DNA from: an uncultured archaeon
Lineage (GTDB): Archaea; Iainarchaeota; Iainarchaeia; Iainarchaeales; JAAZKV01
Reading direction: 5' to 3'
DNA: 32,000 nt
NCBI GenBank assembly: GCA_964551375.1
Contig: CAZKBG010000001.1
Span: forward strand, 30,001 to 62,000
This document shows positions 10,501-18,205 of the stretch, one piece after another. The stretch's first letter is position 1; every line of letters begins with the position of its first letter. Below the pieces are notes generated by a model that saw nothing but the letters and a program-made list of their open reading frames with translations, did no database searches and was not told the DNA's origin. A program made the translations under genes and the position numbers.

Positions 10501-13012
10501 TGACAATGGACTCTATTGTGATGGCGCTGATAGGTGTGATGGGAATGGAATGTGCTTTGCGACTGGGTCTAGCGTGGATTGCAGTGGACTTGATGATCAG
10601 TGCAATAGCGGAGTGTGCGATGAAAACCAAAATTCATGTGTAAAAACTCCTGCAAGAAACGGAGCAGCGTGTGATGATAACTTATTTTGTAATACTGGTG
10701 AAGTGTGCAGCAATGGAATTTGTGGAAACGGAAATACAAAAGACTGCAGCGAAAATAATATCCTTGGAGTATCATCCTGCTTGTGGATACCTGATGGTTT
10801 AGATTATACTTGGGATTTTAGAAATCCTTTCACAAGTATTTGTGATGAAGGGAATGATAAATGTACAACAGGGGACTTAAACATCAATCACACAATTGAT
10901 GAAAAATGTGCTGAGTGCATGATAGATGCTGATTGCCCAACGCTTGAAAACTCCTGTGCGGAGAATAAATGCTTAAACTATAAATGTGTTGAAACTCCAA
11001 GGCCGACAACAACAGTTTGTGATAATGGAACTTATTGTGATGGCGCTGATAGGTGTGATGGAAATGGGGCGTGTAAATCTACAGGTACTCCAGTAGATTG
11101 TAGTTCACTAAATAATCAATGCAATAGTGGAGTGTGTGATGAGAATATTGAAGGGTGCGTAGCACAGCCTGTGCCAAATGGAACTACTTGTAATGATGAT
11201 TTGTTTTGCAATACTGGTGAAATATGCCTTAATGGAACGTGTGGCGGTGGGCAGGCGAGAGATTGTTCAGGATTTAACTTAAACCCAATTGGACAGTGCG
11301 ATTACTTCCCTGATGGATATGCTTGGACTTATGACTACTTCCTTGGATTCTTAAGCCAGTGCAGTGAAGAACAAGACAAATGCACTGATGGCAACATAAC
11401 AATAACTTCTTACTGCAGCACAGAGAATTGCGACGCAGAATGTGAAACGGATCTTGATTGCAGCGCCCACTTTGATGGAAACGTGTGCAATTATAGGGGA
11501 CTTTGCGGAGCAGAGCCAAGCTGCGCATGCAGTTACCAAAAAGAACTTTGCCCTGCACCAGGAACAATAGTTGATGGGTACTGCTACTGGGGAAATGGAG
11601 CATGTACAAGCACTGGATGCGATTTGAACAAAACAAGAATGGATTGCTACAAGCGATGCGACCCAATACTTGGGCCTGTGGAACTTCCAATTATAAAAAC
11701 AACCAAATTTGTTGGACAGCCAAAATCCCATTGCAATTATTTAGGAGATTTAAACGAAGCAGAAGAATGTTTATTTGTAACTACTGCTACTGAATTTATG
11801 CTTGATTCAAACGATTCAAATGCAAGCACATATTACAGACAGAGATGGAAAGAGGATTATAACAGTACCTGGGGAAATTGGAGCGAGTGGAATGAATACA
11901 CTCAGCCGTTTAATTACCTTGAAGATTCAATACATGAACTTGAATATTATTCAATAAATGAAATTTGCGAAATCGAAGAAAAACACAATTATGAAATTGA
12001 CATAGTGGACACAAAAGCGCCAAGCGCAAAGAAAACAGTGGAGAACCCAAAAGTAAAATGGACTCCGTCAAAGAATGGACAACCTGGTAGCATATTCTAT
12101 CCGTGGATAAATAATGCGTGTTGGAATGATGTGAACGGAATAGACTGTTGGAAAGTAACTCTTGATACGCCAATATCATTTGACTGCAATGATTTACAAC
12201 CTCATCCATCAAACAACTCAAAAGTATGTTTCAACGTGGAGTGGGATGCTAATGACATCACGCCAAAATACTGTACTCAAATGCAAGGGACAATAGGGCA
12301 GGACGGTTACTGCTGTGTTCCTGATGATGCTAGAAAATTCAATTTCCTTGAAGAAACAGAACACAACTTAAAATTCTATTGTAAAGATGTGCTTGGAAAC
12401 AAAAGCCCAATTGATGATGAGAAATTCAAAGTAGGGGGAACAGAGTTTGAAATCCAATTGAATAAAAAATGGAACCTAATCTCAATACCATTTGCGCTCC
12501 TTGATAGCAATGTGGCTGAAGTAATTGATGAAATTGACCAAAATATTGAATCAGTGTGGACTTATGATGCATTTACTGATCAATGGTATGTGTATAGACC
12601 GCTAAGCCCAAGCACAAGCAACTTAGAAACAATAGAACCAGGAAATGGCTACTGGGTAGCGGCGCTCAACCCAGCAAAATTAGTTCTTGGAGGAAGCTTG
12701 TTTAATCCAATAGCAACCCCTCCTCAAAAATCGCTCAAAGCTGGATGGAACTTAATAGGGTATTATGGCACTGAAGGGCAGATGGGTTATTACGGACCAA
12801 TTGGCTCAGGAAAAACAGCAGGATGCGAACTATACTCGCTTGGAAACACAATTCTTGACAAAGGATGGACTTCATTATTCACATTTTGGGCGCTAAGAAC
12901 CCCAAGTCAGTGGCTAGATTTGAGCTATTACAACAGAATGGATCCAGGCGCAGGATACTGGATATCTGTGCCTAGTGATGATGTTTTAAGCTACTCTTCA
13001 ACATGCAGTTAG
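7526..13012 (+). CDS. Giant exported Cys-rich modular surface protein
   Basis: 1828 aa. N-terminal hydrophobic signal 'TVMIIGMVLAISMIAIACPT'; 'CEPHTIGYWKQPC' region; Cys-rich tandem array; C-terminal PHPS plus WNLI/GYW module matching the upstream protein. Starts 27 nt downstream of it. Confidence 0.85.
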   Translation: MKNLNENFNKKVNLKKLRTVMIIGMVLAISMIAIACPTTTLTTTPINPNSYGWFNPIVKVSINLSPGSVPGIIKYTYDLNKKRTPYPDLNWLGDTNYLHGIKTIRYAAVGKDGSKEPEKTYTVQVDSIAPETLGFSLDTTNGVIYNPGARAFDINYGIVKVRIISGDNTSGLSTCQLNFDYNALNPTAGWDAPTPNVDLTYGHLHYYDTNGIKVIVIKCTDKGLNTSTPALSPFTFRVINPYDRTPPISTLIIDTNSTSTEECYNDKVLVSIIAEDPQSGVAAIKYCIDTNDTCVPNINYTTQLLFTDGKKYLRYRAINLHGVEENINSEMINIDKNGCGRECEPHTIGYWKQPCKGHYEHETQASMLGYLAEIQATSDYFDFISSFNGMCDILDPDEPATMKQRAKQQFLALWLNVVTDKLFTYTTISLPAYTDANTVGGAITVIQNNISSNSEKAKTIADKLNNGIGIVDCQPSKPLKIIAQKIVCENEADLPNWGLGGPNITALTAMSFVATHPGCKFDSNWYFQWAKSGTSNPGSNTGEAAPNTGWKTFGPTNAQGEVNILISDFNKTNKIWVREVFKQGYVSFTYDTNGNSNNVSAEIYCYKDVFNYDNYDSIGAPQLGRTYYCVAWNAIKKYECTSDANCSDGVYCNGAEKCNLQNHKCEKGILIDCNSLNDQCNSGVCDENVDKCIANPVPNGTTCNDNLFCNTGEVCNNGKCGNGGVRDCSDYNILGISTCLWDPDGLDYTWDFRSSFTSICNEELDKCAVGDYNITHIVDEKCAECLGDSDCPQPENACMENRCQNYKCALTPKPSTTSCNNGAYCDGADRCDGNGMCLATGSSVDCSGLDDQCNSGVCDENVDKCIANPVPNGTTCNDNLFCNVGEVCDNGKCESGQARDCSDNNILGISSCFWNPDGLDYTWDFRNPFTSICDEGNDKCTTGDLNINHTIDPKCTKCMTDSDCPALENSCMENRCIEYKCVETPKPSQTTCDNGLYCDGADRCDGNGMCFATGSSVDCSGLDDQCNSGVCDENQNSCVKTPARNGAACDDNLFCNTGEVCSNGICGNGNTKDCSENNILGVSSCLWIPDGLDYTWDFRNPFTSICDEGNDKCTTGDLNINHTIDEKCAECMIDADCPTLENSCAENKCLNYKCVETPRPTTTVCDNGTYCDGADRCDGNGACKSTGTPVDCSSLNNQCNSGVCDENIEGCVAQPVPNGTTCNDDLFCNTGEICLNGTCGGGQARDCSGFNLNPIGQCDYFPDGYAWTYDYFLGFLSQCSEEQDKCTDGNITITSYCSTENCDAECETDLDCSAHFDGNVCNYRGLCGAEPSCACSYQKELCPAPGTIVDGYCYWGNGACTSTGCDLNKTRMDCYKRCDPILGPVELPIIKTTKFVGQPKSHCNYLGDLNEAEECLFVTTATEFMLDSNDSNASTYYRQRWKEDYNSTWGNWSEWNEYTQPFNYLEDSIHELEYYSINEICEIEEKHNYEIDIVDTKAPSAKKTVENPKVKWTPSKNGQPGSIFYPWINNACWNDVNGIDCWKVTLDTPISFDCNDLQPHPSNNSKVCFNVEWDANDITPKYCTQMQGTIGQDGYCCVPDDARKFNFLEETEHNLKFYCKDVLGNKSPIDDEKFKVGGTEFEIQLNKKWNLISIPFALLDSNVAEVIDEIDQNIESVWTYDAFTDQWYVYRPLSPSTSNLETIEPGNGYWVAALNPAKLVLGGSLFNPIATPPQKSLKAGWNLIGYYGTEGQMGYYGPIGSGKTAGCELYSLGNTILDKGWTSLFTFWALRTPSQWLDLSYYNRMDPGAGYWISVPSDDVLSYSSTCS
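9557..11510 (+). repeat. Tandem array, period 519 bp (173 aa), in-frame, Cys-rich; three full units plus a divergent partial unit
   Basis: '(g/a)atca(g/a)tgcaatag(c/t)ggagtgtg' starts at 9557, 10076, 10595 and 11114. 'cctgatgg' starts at 9752, 10271, 10790 and 11309. Both series are spaced exactly 519 nt. A short partial unit (CSDGVYCNGAEKCN...) precedes the array. Confidence 0.95.
12039..13000 (+). repeat. Copy 2 of the duplicated C-terminal module
   Basis: See copy 1 at 6510-7480. The offset is 5529 nt at the start of the module. Confidence 0.85.
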
Positions 13013-13087
13013 AAGATACGCTGGAAGATAAGTTGTTTTTGCCAATCAAGAAAGGTTTTTATGCACTTTGCAAAGGAATTATGATAG

Positions 13088-13107
13088 ATAGTTAATTTGT
13101 TAACTAT
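13088..13107. promoter_or_regulatory. Perfect inverted repeat ATAGTTAA-TTTG-TTAACTAT overlapping a TATA-like element
   Basis: 8-bp perfect arms with a 4-nt spacer. Overlaps 'ctataaaa' about 30 nt upstream of the ATG at 13138. Confidence 0.5.
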
Positions 13108-13128
13108 AAAAGAGGAGTATTTGGGGGA

Positions 13129-14196
13129 TTGATTTTCATGGGGTCAGCAAAGTATTTTTCAATGCTAATTTTTTCTATTTTTATTTTAGGAGTTGCTCTT
13201 GCGGCTCCAGGGATACCACACCAGTTTTATGGATTTGTGACAATCAACGGAGCGCCGGCAAATGGAGCGTTAATAGTTGCAAAAATAAATAACGTTGAAG
13301 TTTCAAGAACCCTGAGCTCAAACGGAAATTACGGGTACAATCCAAATATTTTCTATGTTCCAGACCCAAACAGCAACAACGCTGGAAAAAGAATTGACTT
13401 TTATTTAAGCGGAACGCTTGTAGCAAACAAATACTTTGAAAGTGGAACAAGCACAAAACTTGATTTTAATTTAGGAATAGCTCCATTTTGCGGAGACACT
13501 AGCTGCAACGCAGGAGAAACATGCTCAACATGCGCAACTGATTGCGGAGTATGCCCTTCAACAGGTGGCGGAGGGGGAGGCGGCGGTGGCGGAGGAGCTC
13601 CAGTAGCCCAAAGCATTAATGTTCAAGTAACAGGAAACTGCCTTGGAAAACCAATAGTATTGAAAGCAACAGCAGGAACAACAGCACTTGGCTCAGCAAC
13701 AGTAAGCGTAAAACACAACAACAATACTTCCCAAACAACAACAGATGCAAATGGCGGAATAACATTCACATTCAATGAACTTGGAAAATACGAGTTCACA
13801 GTAACAAAGAACTCCTATAGCCCTGCAACAAAACAAGTTGATGTATTAAACTGCACAGGGGAAACAACAAACACAGGGACTGGAAGCGGCGCAGGTGCTG
13901 ATTTATGCTCAAACAAAAACTGCAACGACTTAAACCCATGCACTGATGATTCATGCGCGCTAGGCGTATGCAACTATGCATTCAAATCAGATGGAACAAC
14001 ATGCGGAACAGAACTAACATGCCAGAAAGGAGAATGCGTTGCAAAAATTGTGGAACCAGTTAACACAGCTACTGGGGCAGGGGCTGCAACAGGATTATTC
14101 GCACTTGGAACAGATACTGCTATGCCAATAGTTCTTGTAATAGTAATAATTGCCATATTTGCAATACTATTGCTATTAAGCAGAAGAAAAAAGTGA
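13129..14196 (+). CDS. Exported surface protein with C-terminal TM anchor and poly-Gly linker
   Basis: 355 aa (ATG at 13138 is likely the start). Signal peptide; 'CGDTSCNAGETCSTCATDCGVCPS'; GGGGGGGGGGG linker; Cys-rich 'CNDLNPCTDDSCALGVCNY'; C-terminal 'AMPIVLVIVIIAIFAILLLLSRRKK'. Confidence 0.8.
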   Translation: MIFMGSAKYFSMLIFSIFILGVALAAPGIPHQFYGFVTINGAPANGALIVAKINNVEVSRTLSSNGNYGYNPNIFYVPDPNSNNAGKRIDFYLSGTLVANKYFESGTSTKLDFNLGIAPFCGDTSCNAGETCSTCATDCGVCPSTGGGGGGGGGGGAPVAQSINVQVTGNCLGKPIVLKATAGTTALGSATVSVKHNNNTSQTTTDANGGITFTFNELGKYEFTVTKNSYSPATKQVDVLNCTGETTNTGTGSGAGADLCSNKNCNDLNPCTDDSCALGVCNYAFKSDGTTCGTELTCQKGECVAKIVEPVNTATGAGAATGLFALGTDTAMPIVLVIVIIAIFAILLLLSRRKK

Positions 14197-14223
14197 AAAT
14201 TAGTTAAATAAAAAAATGATTTG

Positions 14224-14247
14224 TTTGGCGGGCAAGAGCCTGCCAAA
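14224..14247. terminator. Stable hairpin between convergent gene ends (possible bidirectional terminator or 3' stabiliser)
   Basis: 'tttggcgggc aaga gcctgccaaa': 10-bp stem with one G-T wobble and a 4-nt loop, between stops at 14196 (+) and 14270 (-). Confidence 0.4.
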
Positions 14248-14269
14248 AATATTATTTTCCAAAGTAAAA

Positions 14270-14554
14270 TTACTTCTTCTTTTTTTTGTTCCCAAAAATC
14301 TTATCCCACTGACTTTGTTTAACCCCATGAAATCCTACTGTAGTGCCTATATTTGATTCAGAAATCCTTGGGGTAATATATTTTAATTTTGGCTGGAGAA
14401 CTTGCGCAGCCTTTGTATACGCTTGATGAGAATCAGCAATCCTTCTCTGGCTTCCGGTTTCAACAATCATCGGACCGTGGCGCGTGCCGGTTTCCTTATT
14501 ATGAAAAGTCATTACAAGTTTTCTTTTCGGACCTTTAGGTTTCATAAAAATCAT
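14270..14554 (-). CDS. Small basic hypothetical protein
   Basis: 94 aa, directly downstream of the pilin-like gene on the same strand (start 14554, or ATG at 14545). Lysine-rich C-terminus. Confidence 0.5.
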   Translation of the reverse strand: MIFMKPKGPKRKLVMTFHNKETGTRHGPMIVETGSQRRIADSHQAYTKAAQVLQPKLKYITPRISESNIGTTVGFHGVKQSQWDKIFGNKKKKK

Positions 14555-14556
14555 CT

Positions 14557-17271
14557 TTAAACAAGTGGAACTATTTGAAGCCCTGCGATTTGAGAATACC
14601 CGCCTATTGAAGGAACATCAATCACAACAGTGTCGCTTCCTCCAACAGAAATATTAGAAAATACACTATACTGCTCTCCTTCCATCCATCTTGCAAGAGT
14701 GGCTGAGTGAGTTCCGGCATTTGTTTTAGTTCCTTGGCTTATGCCTCCAACAGAAAGAGTGTATTGGCAGGAAGTAGCATCCCAAGGGCTGCAATAAAGC
14801 ACAAAGTTGTAATCATTTGCGCTAAGCCCGGTTAGGGTAATGCTTGAAGCCGCGCCTGAGCGATAAATATAGCCGTTAAACATTGCATCATTTAGATTTG
14901 TGCTTCCACCCCACCCTCCGCCAAATCCTCCAAGCGTCATTGAAACCCCTGTAACATTTCCATTAGCATCAAGAACATTTGGAGAGCTCATGCTTGATGA
15001 AGTCAAGTTCCAATAGTAGGTGTTTCCATCATTATACATTCCGCTTCCAGAATATGATGAGGGGCTGTAATCAAAATTAATCGCTCGTTTTCTTCTTGCA
15101 TCCTGCGATGGGGTTTGCGCGGTTAAATTATTTGAAGTAATTATCTGCAGTCCTGACATGTTTTGCCCTATTGTAATTTTAATAGGGTCATTATAATCCG
15201 ACACATGAATGTTGTTAATTGTAGTGTACTGCTCTCCCGCCATCCACCTTGACAAAAACTTTGCATGCCCATTTCCGGCAGATTTTGAGCCGTAATTCAC
15301 AAGGTCAGTTGCAATTGTAAAGTTGTTCACAGTTGCGTCATCAGGAACGCCGTACAATACTAAATTGTAATCCCCTGCGGGAAGTCCAATTATTTTGACT
15401 AAACTTCCGTTGTAAATATATCCGTTAAACATTGAGTCATTCACTCCGCTTGTCCCTCCCCAGTTTCCAGCCATGTTTGAAATTACCGCAATCCCTTCTG
15501 TGGAATTATTATTCCCGTCCTTAATTGTGGATGATGTGGTGGTTCCGTTTGCAAGAGGATTCCATTTGTAAGTATTCCCATCGTTGAATTTTCCATTTCC
15601 AGTGTAAGAACCGTCCCCTCCGCAGTCAAAGTGAAGAGACTGCTTTAGATATGGATTTTGTTCAGAAGGAAGAGCTGTGACAAGGGAAGATCCGTTTACT
15701 GGAATAATCTGCCATCCTGAAATATTTGAGCTTACATTCACCTTAATTGGATCGTTATAATCCGAAACATGAACATTGCTGAATGTGTGATATTGTTCCC
15801 CCTCAACCCAGCTCGCAAGATTTCTATTGCTCCCTGAAGAAGTGCCTGCAGTTTTTGCACCATAGCTTGCAAGATCAGTTGAAACAGTGTGAGTATCAAC
15901 TCCAGTAGGCGCAACATAAAGAACAAGATTGTAATCCCCTGCAGGAAGACCGATTATTTTTGCGAGATTTCCTGTATAGCTGTAATTTTCAAACATTGAG
16001 TCATTAACTCCATTAGAAAGTCCCCAACCTCCAGTAAAGTTTGATGTAAAAGAAACTCCTGGGACTGCATTGTCATTTGCATCCTTTATTGAAGGCGAGT
16101 ATAAGGTAGTGTTACCAACAGTATTCCATTTATATGATTGGCCGTTGTTGAATTTTCCGCTCCCTGTGTAAAGACCACTCCCTGCAAAGTCAAAGAATAT
16201 TCCATAAGAAATTGGATTAGCAAGAACAGTAATTGTAATCAAAAAGTCGCTTGTGTTTGGGTTGCCAGCAGTGTCAATGCATCTGATATAAACATTATTA
16301 CTTCCAGTCGCAAGCCCGCTAATAGTTGCCGAGTGGGAAGTCACTGAATCAGTAAAACTATTGGTCATGCTTGCATATGCGACTCCTGTAGAAGTTGAAT
16401 ATCTGCAAGCCGCATTTTCATCCGTGGTGATTGTGAGTCCGTAAGTTGTAGTTCCAAACGCAAGCGCGCTGGGGTTTGAGCCTGATATAACCGGAGGGGT
16501 GGCATCAGCGCCAACTGTAATAGTTACAAGCGTGTCGTCTGAGATAGAGCTGTTTGAAACACTTTGACATTTAATATAAATATTATTGGCTCCAGTTACT
16601 AACGAACCCACAGTTGCTGAGTGGGTTAATTCACTTCCTGAAAAACTATTAGCTTGGCTGGAAAAAGCAACTCCACTAGAAGAATCATACTTACAATTAG
16701 CATTAACATCAGTGTTAATATCAAGAGCATAACTTGCTGTTCCATAAGCAAGGGTGGCTGGGTTTGATGCGCTGATTATTGGAGGCGCAGCAAGAGCAAC
16801 AGCTCCGCGTGCAATGCAATCAATGTAAAGTGTTCCATAATCCACTGTTTTTTCTAAACCAGCATCAGAAACATAATTTACTTTAACAGTGTAAGTCTTT
16901 TGATTCGGGGAGTCACAGGCGGGAAGGTTGCTCAATGAAAAGCTTTTCACATCATTTTGAGCAAATGAAAGACTTGAACCGATTGGATAATTTGTGTCAT
17001 TAATTATAAACCCGGTAATTCTAATTGTTTCCCCAGTGTTATTTTGGAGAACAAATAATCCATTAGCATCAGTTCCAATTGCAGCGTCATTTACTCCTAC
17101 AATTTGGGACATTGCATTTATTTTGCTTGATTTGGATGCTCCCCCCGAAGAGCTTTGGGCAGTTGTATCGACAAGAAGCCCGACAACAACAAGCGCAATT
17201 ACAATTACAATTGCAATAATTACAAGATATTCGATTGTCCCTTGGGCGCGGTTGTTTTTATTTTCAGCCAT
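14557..17271 (-). CDS. Large class III signal-peptide (pilin-like) protein with 2 Ig-like and 3 malectin/CBM-like repeats
   Basis: 904 aa. N-terminus 'NNRAQGTIEYLVIIAIVIVIALVVVGLLV'. Two 'ISxSNPxxLAxGTxxYxLxI' units. Three about 180-aa units 'FDFAGSGLYTGSGKFNNG..YKWN...GVNDSMFxxYxY...GLPAGDYNLVLY...W.EGEQY..FSN'. Confidence 0.85.
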   Translation of the reverse strand: MAENKNNRAQGTIEYLVIIAIVIVIALVVVGLLVDTTAQSSSGGASKSSKINAMSQIVGVNDAAIGTDANGLFVLQNNTGETIRITGFIINDTNYPIGSSLSFAQNDVKSFSLSNLPACDSPNQKTYTVKVNYVSDAGLEKTVDYGTLYIDCIARGAVALAAPPIISASNPATLAYGTASYALDINTDVNANCKYDSSSGVAFSSQANSFSGSELTHSATVGSLVTGANNIYIKCQSVSNSSISDDTLVTITVGADATPPVISGSNPSALAFGTTTYGLTITTDENAACRYSTSTGVAYASMTNSFTDSVTSHSATISGLATGSNNVYIRCIDTAGNPNTSDFLITITVLANPISYGIFFDFAGSGLYTGSGKFNNGQSYKWNTVGNTTLYSPSIKDANDNAVPGVSFTSNFTGGWGLSNGVNDSMFENYSYTGNLAKIIGLPAGDYNLVLYVAPTGVDTHTVSTDLASYGAKTAGTSSGSNRNLASWVEGEQYHTFSNVHVSDYNDPIKVNVSSNISGWQIIPVNGSSLVTALPSEQNPYLKQSLHFDCGGDGSYTGNGKFNDGNTYKWNPLANGTTTSSTIKDGNNNSTEGIAVISNMAGNWGGTSGVNDSMFNGYIYNGSLVKIIGLPAGDYNLVLYGVPDDATVNNFTIATDLVNYGSKSAGNGHAKFLSRWMAGEQYTTINNIHVSDYNDPIKITIGQNMSGLQIITSNNLTAQTPSQDARRKRAINFDYSPSSYSGSGMYNDGNTYYWNLTSSSMSSPNVLDANGNVTGVSMTLGGFGGGWGGSTNLNDAMFNGYIYRSGAASSITLTGLSANDYNFVLYCSPWDATSCQYTLSVGGISQGTKTNAGTHSATLARWMEGEQYSVFSNISVGGSDTVVIDVPSIGGYSQIAGLQIVPLV

Positions 17272-17372
17272 GACTTATGAGGGTATGGTTTCCTAAAATA
17301 TAAACCTTCTTTTGAGCGGGTTTAGAGAATAATTTTGAGTTAAGATTTTATAACCAACTAAGCCTTGTTTTA

Positions 17373-17885
17373 GTGATGAAACAAAAAAAAGTAGTTGTGA
17401 ATGATAAGATGCAAAAAGGGTATGAATATTACTTGACTGAGCCCGCGGGGGAAAACTTCTCTGCTGAATTTAATCCCGAACTTACTCCAAAACAAATGCT
17501 TGAAATGGGCGTGTTTGGGGGGAAGTACATGACTGACTGCCAAGCGGAATTCCCTGTTGATTGGTTTAAGAAAGCAAAATTATCTCCTGAAAAGAAAAAT
17601 CCTAAATTAAATTACTTTGAAGTAGATGCATCCCTTCCTTTAAGCGAGTGGCAGAAAAAAGGATGGATTCACCCTGCTGATCCAAGAGGGTGGTTTCAAT
17701 GGTACTGCAGATATTATATGGGAAGAAGAATGGAAGGGGAAGATGAAAGGCAAATTAAAAGATGGAAAGCGATTAAGAGGCATGCTGGGATAATAAAACA
17801 AAGATGCAAGCCTGGCGAGATTTACTGCCTTCCACGAGCAAGGCAGGCTTTATTACACTGGGCGTATGATTCAAGACTTATTTAA
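17373..17885 (+). CDS. Conserved-looking hypothetical protein, 170 aa
   Basis: Aromatic-rich compact ORF with 'HPADPRGWFQWYCRYYMGRRMEGEDERQIKRWKAIKRHAG'. Confidence 0.65.
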   Translation: MMKQKKVVVNDKMQKGYEYYLTEPAGENFSAEFNPELTPKQMLEMGVFGGKYMTDCQAEFPVDWFKKAKLSPEKKNPKLNYFEVDASLPLSEWQKKGWIHPADPRGWFQWYCRYYMGRRMEGEDERQIKRWKAIKRHAGIIKQRCKPGEIYCLPRARQALLHWAYDSRLI

Positions 17886-17938
17886 AAAATGAATAAGTCT
17901 TTTTGAATATTTTTTACTATTTGCTTTTTAACAGTTAT

Positions 17939-18139
17939 TTATTTTACTGAAGCATCCATGATGCTTTGCTCAGTTGAGGAACGCTTATCCTTAAGCCATT
18001 TTTCGTTTCTGGCAAGTTCTTTTGCTGCTCTGTTAGCAGATTCGCTTTTAGCAGCGTCGCTTTTAGCTGATTCACTTTTTTCTACAGGTTTAATTTTTTT
18101 AGACATGCAAATATTGTGCCCGCATGGCATTATATTCAA
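17939..18139 (-). CDS. Very small Lys/Ser/Ala-rich protein
   Basis: 66 aa with internal 'KSESAKSDAAKSESANRAAKELARNEKWLK'. The start may be the internal ATG (MSKKIKPVEK...). Confidence 0.4.
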   Translation of the reverse strand: MNIMPCGHNICMSKKIKPVEKSESAKSDAAKSESANRAAKELARNEKWLKDKRSSTEQSIMDASVK

Positions 18140-18205
18140 GTCAGTTTGAATAATTGGGTATTTACTTGGAAAAAGTATAAGTATTACTTTGGTTAAATTA
18201 TCTTT

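Noticed and set aside
9557-11510. Regularly spaced repeats considered as a CRISPR-like array
   Set aside because: The period is 519 bp, in-frame and coding throughout, with no short repeat/unique spacer alternation.
8336-12221. Antisense ORFs opposite the 1828-aa gene
   Set aside because: Same reason: repeat-derived open frames with no independent start or spacing support and odd composition.
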